This document shows, piece by piece, positions 28,782-41,520 of a DNA stretch of 64,000 bases. Source of the stretch: Octopus sinensis (lineage: Eukaryota). The stretch covers positions 13,640,001 through 13,704,000 of the forward strand of contig NC_043007.1 of the NCBI RefSeq assembly GCF_006345805.1, written 5' to 3'. The stretch's first letter is position 1. Each line of letters opens with the position of its first letter. A program made the translations under genes and the position numbers. Under the pieces are notes generated by a model that made no database searches, was not told the origin of the DNA, and saw only the letters and a program-made list of their open reading frames with translations.

Positions 28782-28830
28782 ATTATTATTATTATTATTA
28801 TTATTATTGTTATTATCATTACTATTATTA

Positions 28831-28880
<50 letters not shown>

Positions 28881-28935
28881 GTTGTTATCATTATTATTAT
28901 TATTATTATCATTAATATTATTATCATTATTATTA

Positions 28936-28986
<51 letters not shown>

Positions 28987-29005
28987 ATCATTATTATTAT
29001 TATCA
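28620..29005. repeat. (ATT)n/(ATC)/(GTT) long trinucleotide tract
   Basis: Tandem repeat that explains the poly-Asn/Ile/Tyr ORFs. Confidence 0.95.
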
Positions 29006-29687
29006 TTTTGGTGGTGGGGAGGGGCGAATAAATGACGGGTGGAAAACAGTAGAATGCGAAGCTCTGTTTTGTTGTTGTTGTTGTTGTTGCTTTCTTTTTT
29101 TTTCTTCTTTATTTTTCAAGTGTTTCGCATTTTCTTTTTCTTCCTTCGCTTCGTTGATTTCATTACAGATGTTTCTTGTGTAATTCGGTTCAGTTCCATT
29201 GAAGAGTAGCAGGTTATAACGTAGTGAAACGCCCTTCTGTACCTTTACCTGCTTCTTCTGTCCTAATCAGCAGTCAATTCACCTTGACTTTGGTTCCTTC
29301 CAGCCCAGCACATCACCCTTGCCCAACACGCAGCATCTTAACATACGTACACACACACACTAATAAATACACACATGCACATGAACAGATACTCTGTATG
29401 AACCACAATGCGCTTCCCCGTTCTATGATACACCAGTGCATGAGTACATCCCCCCCTCTTATATCTCTCTTTGCCGCCGTTACTTTCATTATGGAATCTA
29501 CCGAAAATTACTGACCAGAAGCTGGAATCGTGTTCTCCTTGAGAACGTATTAGAAATTAACTTAATTACATTGGCAAAGAAGACGAGGCGGGAAGGGGTG
29601 AACAGCAACAACAAAACATGAAAAAAAAAACATCATAAAAAGGAGGGAGAAGTAGGGAGGAAGTAAGAGTGGTTTTAAGTGTGTGTA

Positions 29688-29734
<47 letters not shown>

Positions 29735-30077
29735 TGAGGGGAGAATGGTACTAGGGAGAGATAAAAAACAGATTGAAAGAATTAGAAATGAAATGAAATG
29801 AAAGGGGAGATACGGGGAGAGAGGGAGAGAGAAAAAGAGAAGAGCATGTGTGTTGGTGTTGGTGTTGCTGTTGTTGTAGCGTGTCTGTGTGTGTGTGTGT
29901 GTGTGTGGTGTGTGTGTGTATTTAGCCTGATTGAATGTGTTTGTTTGTGTGGTTGTGTGTGGAGATAGAAAGATTAAAAATTTTCTTGTGTAGTATGATG
30001 AAATAAGAAAGAGATATGAGATAAATATCAACTTTACGTAGAATTGAAGCGATTGATAGGGAGATAAACAGATACCA

Positions 30078-30115
<38 letters not shown>

Positions 30116-30562
30116 TATATATATTATATATATATATAAAGAGAGACAGAGAGAAAGAGACACAGAGAGACAGGGTGAGGGAGATGGATAGATAAATTGA
30201 TAGATAGATTGATACATAGATAGGTAGATAGACAGAAATATAGATAGACAGATAGATAGAAACACAGATAGATAGATAGATAAGGGTTTAGATATGTGAA
30301 ATTAAAGAGATTCGTGCAAAAGCAAAGAGAGACAGAGAGGGACAGAAGGAAAGAAGGAAAGAGAGAGAAAGAGAAACAGGGAAAAGGGGTAAAGAAAGAG
30401 GGTGATTAAGTGTTATGAATGAGTAAGTTAAAGAGATATGAGGGAATAAGAATGAAAGGCGCTACTATGAATGACATGAAGAAGATGGAGGAAATCGTGA
30501 GAAAGATGGAGGCTTAGAAAGAGAGGATAGCAGTTAAAATATAAAGAGGAGTGATTGGGTTT

Positions 30563-30982
30563 GCAGGAGTGGCTGTGTGGTAAGTAGCTTGCTAACCAAC
30601 CACATGGTTCCGGGTTCAGTCCCTCTGCGTGGCATCTTGGGCAAGTGTCTTCTGCTATAGCCCCGGGCCGACCAATGCCTTGTGAGTGGATTTGGTAGAC
30701 GGAAACTGAAAGAAGCCTGTCGTATATATGTGTATATATATATATGTATGTGTGTGTGTGTTTTTGTGGTGTCTGTGTTTGTCCCCCCTAGCATTGCTTG
30801 ACAACCGATGCTGGTGTGTTTACGTCCCCGTCACTTAGCGGTTCGGCAAAAGAGACCGATAGAATAAGTACTGGGCTTACAAAGAATAAGTCCCGGGGTC
30901 GATTTGCTCGACTAAAGGCGGTGCTCCAGCATGGCCGCAGTCAAATGACTGAAACAAGTAAAAGAGTAAAGAGTAAAAGAGT
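30563..30982 (+). mobile_element. SINE family D, near full length
   Basis: Colinear with the reverse complement of 21217-21656, with a (TAAAGAG)n-type tail. Confidence 0.9.
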
Positions 30983-30995
30983 ATATATATATGTG

Positions 30996-31419
30996 TTCTT
31001 TTATTCTTTTATTCCTTTACGTGTTTCAGTCATTTGACTGCGGCCATGCTGGATCAATGGCTATAGTCGAAAAAAATTGACCCCAGGACCTATTAGTCAT
31101 TGTAAACCTAGTACTTATTCTATGGGTCACCTTTTGCCGAACCGCTAAGCTACGGGGACGTAAACATACTAACATCGGCTGGCAAGTGATGGTGGGGGGA
31201 CAAACAGACACAAATAACAAATACACACAGACACACTCATATACATATATATATAAATATACGACGGTCTTCTTTCAGTTTCCGTCTACCAAATTCACTC
31301 AGAAGGCCTCGGTCGACCCGAGGCTATAGTAGAAGACATTTGCCGAAAGTGTCACGGAGTAGGACTGAACCTGGAACCATGTGGATGGCAGGCTTCTTAC
31401 CACACAACTACCAATGCGC
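30996..31419 (-). mobile_element. SINE family D, diverged, tail-to-tail with the previous copy
   Basis: TTTCAGTCATTTGACTGCGGCCATGCTGG ... CTTTCAGTTTCCGTCTACCAAAT ... CTTACCACACA. Confidence 0.85.
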
Positions 31420-31427
31420 TTGTGTGA

Positions 31428-31468
<41 letters not shown>

Positions 31469-32504
31469 GTATATATATATATACACACACACACATATAT
31501 ATATTATATATATACTTACATATATACATATACATATATATATATACATATACATATATATAATATATATAATAATATATATATAGATATATATATAATA
31601 TATATGTATAATATATATATATATATATACATATATATAGATGTATATATATCTATATAATATATATTATATATATTATACATACATCTATATATATGTA
31701 TACACGTGTGTGTATGTATGTGCAGGATGAAAGAAAAAGAGAGACAGAGAGACAGGGACAGAGATATGGGGCAAATAAAGTGATGAGAGAAAAAGGGCGA
31801 AAAATGGAGATGCGACAAATTTTAAAAGAAAGAAGTTGAAGGAAAGAACGATGAGAAGAATGGTGCGTTTGGATGAAGGATTGAAGAAGAAATACTGGGA
31901 ATATTTGAAAAAAACAATGATAAAAAGAGGGAATGGGGCAGCGTCAGTGCAGATGTAATAAGTGAGAGAAATGAGAGAGAAGAAGGAGTTATAGCTTTGA
32001 AAGGAAGAGAAAGACGCGTGAATGGGTTTAAGATGTGGATGGCGGAGAGGGATAGAAGAAAAGCCCTTCCCCCCACACACTAAAAAATATGTCCGTGTGA
32101 GAGAAGAAAGGGAAGTCGGAGTTACAAGGTGAAAGGTGGGGGACAATGGAAAGAGGGAAGGTGTAAGGGGACAACAAGGGAGTGAGACGGAAAAATGGTA
32201 GGGAGCAGAATGTGTAATAGTGAATGGTGTGTGGGGGGGGTGGATGTGGTGAAAATATGAAAGAAGAAGAAATATGAAAAACAAAGGGGCCGCCTTTCCT
32301 ACCCCCCCCCCACCAAAGCGGAAAAAAAGTAATACAATTAGAATATAATTTTCGTATGGGAGAAATAGTAACATCAATAGAGATAATGGTGATGGTGTTG
32401 GTAGTTATGTTAATGATGGCGGCGATAATAGTGTTAAGATGGCGGCCATGACTAGGGGAGTGGTTTTGTAGTAGTGGTGGTACTGGCGATGAGTGTATTG
32501 ATTG

Positions 32505-32606
32505 TGATGATGATGATGATGATGATGATAATGATGATGATGGTTGTGATGATGATGATGATGATGGTGATGATTCCGTAGATGATGGTAGAAGTGGTGG
32601 TCATAT

Positions 32607-32650
<44 letters not shown>

Positions 32651-32665
32651 ATCATAATGATGATG
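32505..32665. repeat. (GAT)n microsatellite
   Basis: Tandem repeat. Confidence 0.9.
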
Positions 32666-33082
32666 CAGGTTACGAGAGAAATAATAACACAAAATAACAG
32701 CAGTGAGAGTAAGGAGACAGAGTCGAGCAAGAAGGAGCTTGAGGAAGGATGATAAGGGGAGGGGGAAGGAGCGGGAGAATGGATGATGAGGATGATGATG
32801 GTGGTGGTGGTGGTGGTGGTGGCTGTGAGGATGAGCTGGGAGATTACAAAAAAAATTTTGAAATCGGAGCAGATGAAGGTCACGAAGGAAATGGCAATTG
32901 AAGTAAGGGTGTATACGTTAAATACACATAGGGAATAAAGTTGGAGCAGGTGGAATGAAAAGTGTGAGTTAGTGAAGAGAGCACATACACACAGACACAC
33001 ACACTCACACAGTGACACACACATACATTCATACATATATCTATCTATCTATCTTTCTATATATATATATACACACACATAC

Positions 33083-33114
<32 letters not shown>

Positions 33115-33450
33115 GTATGTATATATGTGTGTATATATGTATGAAACAAACACAAGTGAGAGGGAAGCCTCTATCTTTCGGACGACAAAATGAATTTTCT
33201 CACTCTCCCATATTTTGAAAGATTCTCCTTCAATACAAATACAACGTTCGCAAACACATCCAGGCCAAAATATTCAGAACTGTGTATAATCATAAGTGCT
33301 TTGCATCTATCTATATAATACATAAATGCGATATATACATATATACACATACATACATACTCCCTCCTTCTTTGTCATACGTACACGCACATTTATATAT
33401 AAAGATAAACATTACTCACAAACACACACACACACACATATATATATATA

Positions 33451-33611
33451 GGTGCAAGAGTGTTTGTGTCGTAAGTAGCTTGCTTACAAACCACATGGTT
33501 CCAGTTTCAGTCCCACTGCGGGGCACCTTGGGCAACTGTCCTCTACTAGAGCCTCGGGCCGACCAAAGCCTTGTAAGTGGATTTAGTAGACGGAAACTGA
33601 AAAGCCCGTCG

Positions 33612-33666
<55 letters not shown>

Positions 33667-34085
33667 TTGTGTGTGTCTGTGTGTGCTTGTGCGTCTGGCA
33701 GAATCGTTAACACGCTGGGCGAAATGCTTAGCCGTATTTAGCCTGCCGTTACGTTCTGAGTTCAAATTCCGCCGAGGTCGACTGTGCCTTTCATCCTTTC
33801 GAGGTCGATTAGATAAGTACCCGTTACGCACTGGGGTCGATCTAATCGACATAATCCGTTTGTCTGTCCTTGTTTGTCCTCTCTGTGTTTAACCTCTTGG
33901 GGGTAGTAAAGAAATAGGTATTTCGTCTGACTTTACCTTCTGAGTTCACATTCCTCCGAGGTCGACTTTGCTTTTCGTCTTTTCGGGGTCAATTAATTAA
34001 GTACCAGTTGCGTACTGGGGTCGACCTAATTGCCTGGCCTCATCCCCAAATATTTCTGGCTTTAGTTCGAGGGTACAAAAGAATA
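33451..34085 (+). mobile_element. SINE D 5' half ending in (TG)n, followed by a SINE C dimer (~33695-34085)
   Basis: Homology to the other D and C copies in the window. Confidence 0.8.
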
Positions 34086-34841
34086 TTTAACGAGCATCTT
34101 TATCATTTCTTCGCCAACACTTTACCCACTAGCTTAACTCTTCATTGTTCAATGATTTCTATTAACAACGATATAATTAAAGGTAATTGTTGTTGAATGT
34201 TGCTCTCATGCAGATTCTTCTTTCGCGTTAATATTTTATAGTTGCTTCATTTAATCTGCTTGTTCTTCCTTTCGTAAGTGTCCAGCATTCGGCTCCATAT
34301 ATCAACATTTTCACAGCAGTTCTAAAGCAACCTGTATCTCGAAGTCATCAAACAAATTTGTCCAACATAATGTGAACAGATTAATCACTGTTCAAATATG
34401 AAAAAAAATTCAAATTGCATTTTACTGCGTGTCTCTTGAGATTTCCATTCCTAAACTTAGATATCTAAAACCATTTCAATATTTCAAATTTATACGCTTT
34501 TATGACAAAATATATCGTCTTGCTTGACTGAAAACCATCAACTCAAGTTTATCGATAATGACATACAAAATTTTTATTATAAGCACAAGGTCTGAAATTG
34601 TGGGGAGGAGGTGCAGCGATTACATTAACCCAAAAGTTGAACTAGTACTTGTTTCATCCCCAAAAGGATGAGAGGCAAAATCTACCTCACCCATTGCAGC
34701 TTCCTCAACTTTCTGACTTAGTATTTGAGCTTTGATATTATTGTAAATAGAATCTATAGAGTCTGCATAAACTGTATCCGTAATAATGTTTGTAGAATGA
34801 CGTCTGCATCACTGGTGATGGCAGTAGCTTAACCTTCCATG

Positions 34842-35142
34842 TTTTGTTTGTTCCTTCTGGAGCCATGCCTGGCTCATAAGGGCCGGTTTCCCGGTTTCCT
34901 TGGCGTATAGGGTCCCTGGACAGGACGCCGGTCCGTCGCAGGTGAGCTGCAAGATGCAGGAGGAAAGAGTGAGAGAAAGTTGTGGCGAAAGAGTTAGCAG
35001 AAGTTCGCCAATACCTTCTGTCGGAGCCGCGTGGAGCCTAGGCGTTTTGCTCATAAATACACACATTGCCCGGTCTGAGATTCGACCCCGCAATACCTCG
35101 ACCGCTAGTCCGCTGTTCTAACCACTAGGCCATGTGCCTCAA
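34842..35142 (-). mobile_element. SINE with a family-B head and a different 3' half
   Basis: Head and body match 8037 up to CTCTTTCGCCACAACTTTCTCTCACTCTT, then TGCGACGGACCGGCGTCCTGTCCAGGG...GGAAACCGGGAAACCGGCCC, with a CAAA-type tail. TSD AACCT(T/C)CCATG. Confidence 0.85.
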
Positions 35143-35620
35143 AACCTCCCATGCATTAATATAGAAAATACGGTGTCGTACAATCACTGATTACGTAACT
35201 AGGGAACTATTACATTTTAAATTTTCTGTTCAAGATAGAAGCATTATACGAACAAAAGGGTAGTGTTTATCGCTACTTTAATGTGCGCATTATACAAGAG
35301 ACGACAATATCGCTTTTTTAACTCCAGGAAGACATCTACTGCAGCTGGTTTATTCAGTGCGATTTCCGCACTCGATATTTACTTTAAGTGGGATATAACT
35401 CCTGCCACCCTAGCTTCGAGACCACCAGTCCACGTGATTGCGATCTAATTGGATCTCTTCGGTGATGGGCACTGGTTTGCCAGAAGTCTAACCTCACTTG
35501 CAATATATAGAAAATACAGTGTCATACAATCACTGATTTTGTAAGTAGGTAACTAGTCCGTTAGAAAATCTCTGTTCGAGATGGAAGCAATATACGGACC
35601 ATATTTTTGATTATTAAGTA

Positions 35621-36006
35621 CTAGCAGTATCGCCCGACGTTGCTCGGGTTTGTAAGGGAAATAACTATATAAGCATTTTTAGAGAGTTATAGCCAAAAAA
35701 TGCATTAAAAATGGAAAAAAAAATGATAGTAAATTTTTTTTTAATCGTTGACTCATCGTAGACATTTCTAGAGAGTTACTTCCCTTATATAATAGCAAAA
35801 AAATGCATTAAAATGGAAAACAATGATGGTAATTTTTTTTTTAATCGTAGACTCATCGTAGACGCGCGCTAATACCAAGAAGGGCTCGATATGAATCACG
35901 ACTATAAGATACCCGGTTTTGGTTAAACTGCACCGCAAAATGTGGGAGTAGTTAGGAATCTAAATCGTAGGAGACAGACACACAACCTCACTTTTATATA
36001 TAAAGA
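35621..36006 (-). mobile_element. Non-autonomous Helitron H1 copy 2
   Basis: TC start, hairpin + CTAG end, inserted between A and T. Confidence 0.9.
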
Positions 36007-36109
36007 TTTGGTAACGTAATATGTTTTATGTTATATATTTTATGTGTCATTTGTGTGCAGTTAACAGGTGTGTATTAATGCTTCACATATTTATTGCATT
36101 AAAATGGTA

Positions 36110-36400
36110 ACTTCTTTCTTCTTCCTGTCTTTAACCTTCCAACGCGGAGTATAGGCCACTTATAGTTGAATTCCATGTCGCATAATTTTTGGCTTCTGTA
36201 CTTATACTCTGCCATGAATGTCCCCCTTTCTCTAGTTCCTTTTGTGTTGATCTCCGCCACGAGTTCTTAGGCCTAGTTTTCTTTCTATATCCATCCGGTT
36301 TCCACCGTAAAGCACTTTTCGCTACATTTGGTGTGTCTTTTCTAATTGTGCTCCAATCCACTTCCACTTTTTCTTAAATATTTGGTCCCTAATCGAAACT
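36110..36400 (-). mobile_element. RTE-clade LINE 3' fragment (second family)
   Basis: RKKWKWIG/TIRKDTPNVAKSALRWKPDGYRKKTRPKNSWRRSTQKELEKGGHSWQSISTEAKNYATWNSTISGLYS resembles the RTE ORF C-terminus. GAA-rich tail. Confidence 0.8.
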
Positions 36401-36789
36401 TCGTTTGTACTTTGCCATAGCTCCATATTGCTTATGTGTTCTCAAAGTGGTATCTACTAGCTTGTTTATAGAGCTGTGACACAGTAAAATAGTTGGGTGA
36501 TATGAACGTCTTTAGCGAACATTGTGTTGTTCTTGGGGTGTATTTTTCGCATAGACTTTGTCACTGAAGGTAAATATTGTTGACCTTTTTAGTTAATATG
36601 TCATCACAGACATTTAGTAATTGCGTAGACATTCATTGTATCTATGTAAATGCATAGATATCTGCAAAATATGGGCATGTAAGAAACATTGCTTAAACAC
36701 ACGGGCGTTTTCATAAACTAACCTTGACTTCTAGATGCCGTCACACATGTATCATGTCACTTAAACCATCTAACATTTGCAAATGCATA

Positions 36790-36900
36790 TCTATTATATA
36801 AGATCCGTTCCGTCTGTCTGTGTGTGTCTTCTGGGATCTCGGGCATCCTCCATCCGATGGCGCTGAAATTTAACATGTAGATACCGACGGTATCAGGTCA
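36790..36900 (+). mobile_element. Putative 5' fragment of a third Helitron-like family
   Basis: A|TCTATTATATAAGATCCGTTCCGTCTGTCTGTGTGTG is a typical Helitron 5' layout. It is truncated against a SINE D fragment. Confidence 0.5.
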
Positions 36901-37012
36901 GTGTTGCCGAGCCGCTAAGTTACAGGTGTGTAAGCATACCAACATCTGTTGTCAATCGATGGTGGGGGACAAACACAGATACGCAAACACGCACACACAT
37001 ATTTACATACAT

Positions 37013-37102
<90 letters not shown>

Positions 37103-37445
37103 ATATATTATATATATATATTAAGATTATATATATATATATATATGCACACACACACATATTATATATACACATATACATATATATATATACATACAAA
37201 TACACATATATATAAGCCTAGTACATACTATCGCTATCTTTTGCTGAACCGCTAAGTTACGGCGACGTGAACACGCCATCACCGGTTGTCAAGCGATGTT
37301 GTGGGAGAAACACACACACACAAATACGCACAATCATATACGTCGGGATTCTTTCAGTTTCCGTCTGCCAAATCCACTCAGAAGGCATTGGTCAGTCTGA
37401 TGCCATAGTAGAAGACACTTCTCCAAGGTTCCACGCATTGGAATT
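36901..37445 (-). mobile_element. Two partial SINE D copies separated by (TA)n
   Basis: CCGCTAAGTTAC and CTTTCAGTTTCCGTCTGCCAAATCCACTCA motifs. Confidence 0.7.
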
Positions 37446-37470
37446 GATTTCTAAACACATGCACTGTTCT

Positions 37471-37876
37471 TATTTCTTTACTACCCTCAACGGGCTAAAC
37501 ATACAGTGGACAAACAAGGTCAAACAAAGGGATTAAGTCGATTACATCAACCCAGTGCGTAACTGGTACTTAATTTATCCACCCCGAAAAGATGAAAGGC
37601 AAAGTCGACCTCGGCGGAATTTGAACTCAGAACGTAGCGGCAGACGAAATACTTATTTCTTTACTACCTACAAAAGGCTAAACACAGAGGGGAGAAACAA
37701 GGACAGACAAACGGATTAAGCCGATTACATCACCCCCAGTGCGTAACTGGTACTTAATTTATCGACCCCGAAAGGATAAAGGCAAAGTCGACCTCGGCGG
37801 AATTTGAACTCAGAACGTAACGGCAGACGAAATACGGCTACGCATTTCGCCCTGTGTGCTAACCTTCCTGCCAGCT
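37471..37876 (-). mobile_element. SINE family C dimer
   Basis: Two ~180 bp body units behind one head. Confidence 0.88.
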
Positions 37877-37984
37877 GTTCTGATTAACTGAATCATGCAA
37901 TATATGGATCTACGAAAATCTCACACCCACACACTCTGGGAACTACATACATATGTGTATTTACACAGTTATATAGATTCATAC

Positions 37985-38401
37985 AAAGCGGCGAGTTGGC
38001 AGAAACGTTAGCGCGCTGTGCGAAATGCTTAGCAGTATTTCGTCGGTCGTTCCGTTCTGAGTTCAAATTCCGCCTAGGTCGACTTTGCCTTTCATCCTTT
38101 CGGAGTCGATAAATTAAGTACCAGTTACGCACTGGGGTCGATATAAACGACTTAATCCGTTTGTCTGTCCTTGTTTGTCCGCTCTGTGTTTAGCCCCTTG
38201 TGGGTAGTAAAGAAATAGGTATTTCGTCGGTCGTTCCGTTCTGAGTTCAAATTCCGGCGGGGTCGACTTTGCCTTTCATCCTTTCGGGGTCGATAAACAA
38301 AGTACCAGTTTCGTACTGGTGTCGATATAATAAATCTAATCCCTTTGTTTGTCCTTGTTCGTCCCCTCTATGTTTAGCCCCTTGTGGGCAGTAAAGAAAT
38401 A
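37985..38401 (+). mobile_element. SINE family C dimer
   Basis: Two body units. TSD TATATAGATTCATAC at 37970-37984 and 38402-38416. Confidence 0.92.
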
Positions 38402-38859
38402 TATATAGATTCATACGCACACTCTCTATCTCTCTCTCTCTCCTTCTCCCTCTCTCTCACACACACACAATTGCGCAGAGTAGTTAAGGGACAATAGAAA
38501 TACCAGTCCGCACCGATATCTCCATGCCAGCCTCAGTAAAGCCTTTCGGTTTCACTTGAAGTTTTCTTCAAATTATCTTCAGTTGTAAGTCGAACTTCAA
38601 CTGCGTCAGTGAAAAATTCTTCGTTGCCACATGAAAATTACCTTTTGTATCCTTTCATTTATTTCTCTATAAATTCAATTCTTCCTCATCCAACCTTCCT
38701 TCTCCCAGATATTTCATTCTCAGATTCTTCTTCTTCTTCTTCTTCTTCTCATCACACCATTTTTGCATTTAATATTTCTCTGACGGACTTTTACATTCCT
38801 ACTTCACATTCAGGCCCCACCCCCACGGCTTTATCTCTCCCACCCTACACCTTCGCTGT

Positions 38860-39950
38860 GTTAATCTGTCTGTCCTTCCTGTGTCTCTCACTCTGCCTCA
38901 TTCTCTCTCTCTCTCTTTATTTCTATGTACCAGTCTCTATTTGTCTCCCTCTCCTTGTCTAAGCGTCTGACAGTGTCATGCTCTTTGTCTTTCTTGCTCT
39001 CTCTCTCTCTCTCTCTCTCTCTCAATCACATTCTCTCTCCTCATCTGGCCGTTTGAGTGTGTCGGGCTCATGGTCTCTCTCTCTCTCCCTTTCTCTCTCC
39101 TTGTGTCACTCTCTCCTTACGCCTCTTTCAACTTCACTCATTCATCCACCTCTCTCTACACATGTCTATGGATGTCTATCCTCCTACTTCTGACTTTGTC
39201 CCTTCCACTATACCCCTTCCTTTGTCTGTTTGCCTCTCTGTCTCTCTTTATCCCTCTCTCTGTGTCTCTCTCTCCCTCCCTCTCTTTCTTCCTCCCCCCT
39301 CTCTCTCTTTCTTCCTCCCCCCTCTCTCTCTTTCTTCCTCCCCCCTCTCTCTCTCTATATGTAAATCTTACTTTCTATCCCTTCCTCTGTAGCTGTCTCC
39401 GTCTCTATTTCTATCTCTCCTTGCCTGGGCGTTTGATTGTGTCATGCTCTTTACCCACTTCTCTCTCTCTCCCCCTTTTTCTCCTTCTCACCCTCTTACT
39501 CTCTCATTTTCTTCAAATATTTCTCTCCTCCTCCCCTTCCTCTCACCAAATTTCATTCCCCCACATTCGTTCTCCCTCTACATTTTTTATTTCCTCTCTC
39601 ACCCTCTCTCACCCCCTACCTCCTCCTGCTTCCTTTCTCCCTCTCAACCCTCTCTATATCATCTCCTATGTCCTCTCTCACCTTCCTCGTGCCCCTACCT
39701 CACTTCTTATCTTTCTGCCTCTCACTACCTCTCGCCATGTCAATCAGTTTAACATACTTCTCAATGCCTTCCTGAACTCCCATTTTTCTGCTTATTCCCC
39801 AACCCTGCTCTTTCTTTCAATAAATTCCTCCCAAATCTAAAACCATTTTTTTCTCTTTGACCCATTATGCATTAGATTCATAATTCCTTTCTTCCTTTTC
39901 TTTCTTTCTCTTCTTTTATTTCACTTTATTTTATTCTTTTTTTTTTGGTG
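38860..39950. repeat. Polypyrimidine / (CT)-rich low-complexity tract
   Basis: Strong C/T strand bias. Confidence 0.85.
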
Positions 39951-40039
39951 TTATTTTATTGATATTTTTCTATAATTCCTTTTTCGCATATTCTCATTTC
40001 TGTTTACAATACCTTCCTTTCTCTGTTTCATCATTGACG

Positions 40040-40517
40040 TAGTCGTCATCATCATCATCATCATTTCTTCTCCATCCTCCTCCTCATCATCATCCTCATC
40101 ATCATCAACGAACCGATTGAACGTAATCCACAGCTTCCTAAATTTTTTTATCATCATCATCATCATCATCATCATCGTCATCATCATGAAGTTCATTATA
40201 ATCAGCATCTTCATAACCATCATCTTCGTAATGAATTTCTTCATCCTCATCATCATCATCGCCGAGATATTCCATCATCTTAATCAACGCAATCATCATC
40301 ATCGTCGGCGTCGTCGTCGTCGTCATTATCATCATCGCCATCATCTTCATTGTCCGCAGCATCATCACAGCCATCATCACCATAACGAGCGTCATCGCTG
40401 TCACCATCACAATCATCATCATCATCATCACCATCATCATCATCATCGCCATCATCATCATCGTCATCATCATCATCATCATCGTCGTCATCATCATCGT
40501 CATCGTCATCGTCATCG

Positions 40518-40548
<31 letters not shown>

Positions 40549-40709
40549 TATCATCATCATCATCATCATCATCGTCATCATCATCATTGTCATCATCGTC
40601 ATCATCATCATCGTCATCATCATCGTCATCGTCATCATCATCATCGTCATCAGCATCATCATCATCATCATCGTCATCGTCATCGTCATCGTCATCATCA
40701 TCATCGTCG

Positions 40710-40762
<53 letters not shown>

Positions 40763-41150
40763 GTTATCAACACCACAGTCGTCGTTCGTCATCCGCATCA
40801 CAATCGTTACTAGCACCATCAGCATCATCATCACCACCAGCACCAGCAGCCACTACAACAACAACAACACTATCAACAACATCAGCAATAGAACCAGACA
40901 CAACTTTTCTTCCTGGTTTTTCTTTGACATCTTTTTCAGGAATTATTTTCTGCTTTCATTCTTTTTCATTCATTTTCCTCCGTACATCATAACTACTACT
41001 ACTACTACTACTACTATTGATGCTGCTACAGCTGCTGCTGTCACTGCCCCAGCTCCTGCTGCTTCTACAACTATTACTACTGCTACTCTTACTACTACTA
41101 CGCGTACTGCTACTACTACTACTACTACAACTACTATTACTACTACTACA

Positions 41151-41181
<31 letters not shown>

Positions 41182-41263
41182 ATACTACTGCTGCTGCTGC
41201 TGCTACTACTACAACTACTATTACTACTACTACTACTGCTACTACTACTACTACTACTACTAC

Positions 41264-41304
<41 letters not shown>

Positions 41305-41520
41305 GTAATAAAATACTAAAGCTACTGCAGGTGCTGTTGCTTCTACTACTACTACTGCTGCTGCTACTACCAATAATAACAATAACAATAATAATAATGA
41401 TAAAGCTGCTGCTACTGCTGCTACTACTGCTGCTGCTGCTACTGCTACTACTACTGCTGCTGCTGCCCCTACTAGTGCTGCTGCTGCTGCTACAACGACC
41501 ACCACAACTGCTGCTACTAT
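40040..41520. repeat. (CAT/CGT)n, then (ACT)n/(AAT)n/(GCT)n trinucleotide arrays
   Basis: Tandem repeats that explain the poly-His/Asp/Ser/Thr ORFs. Confidence 0.95.

Noticed and set aside
29240-29340. Possible minus-strand exon ending at CAG|GTAAAG
   Set aside because: No acceptor, ORF or partner exon. A single donor-like motif is not evidence.
39070-39840. 256 aa Leu/Ser/Pro-rich ORF
   Set aside because: A polypyrimidine tract is depleted of stop codons.
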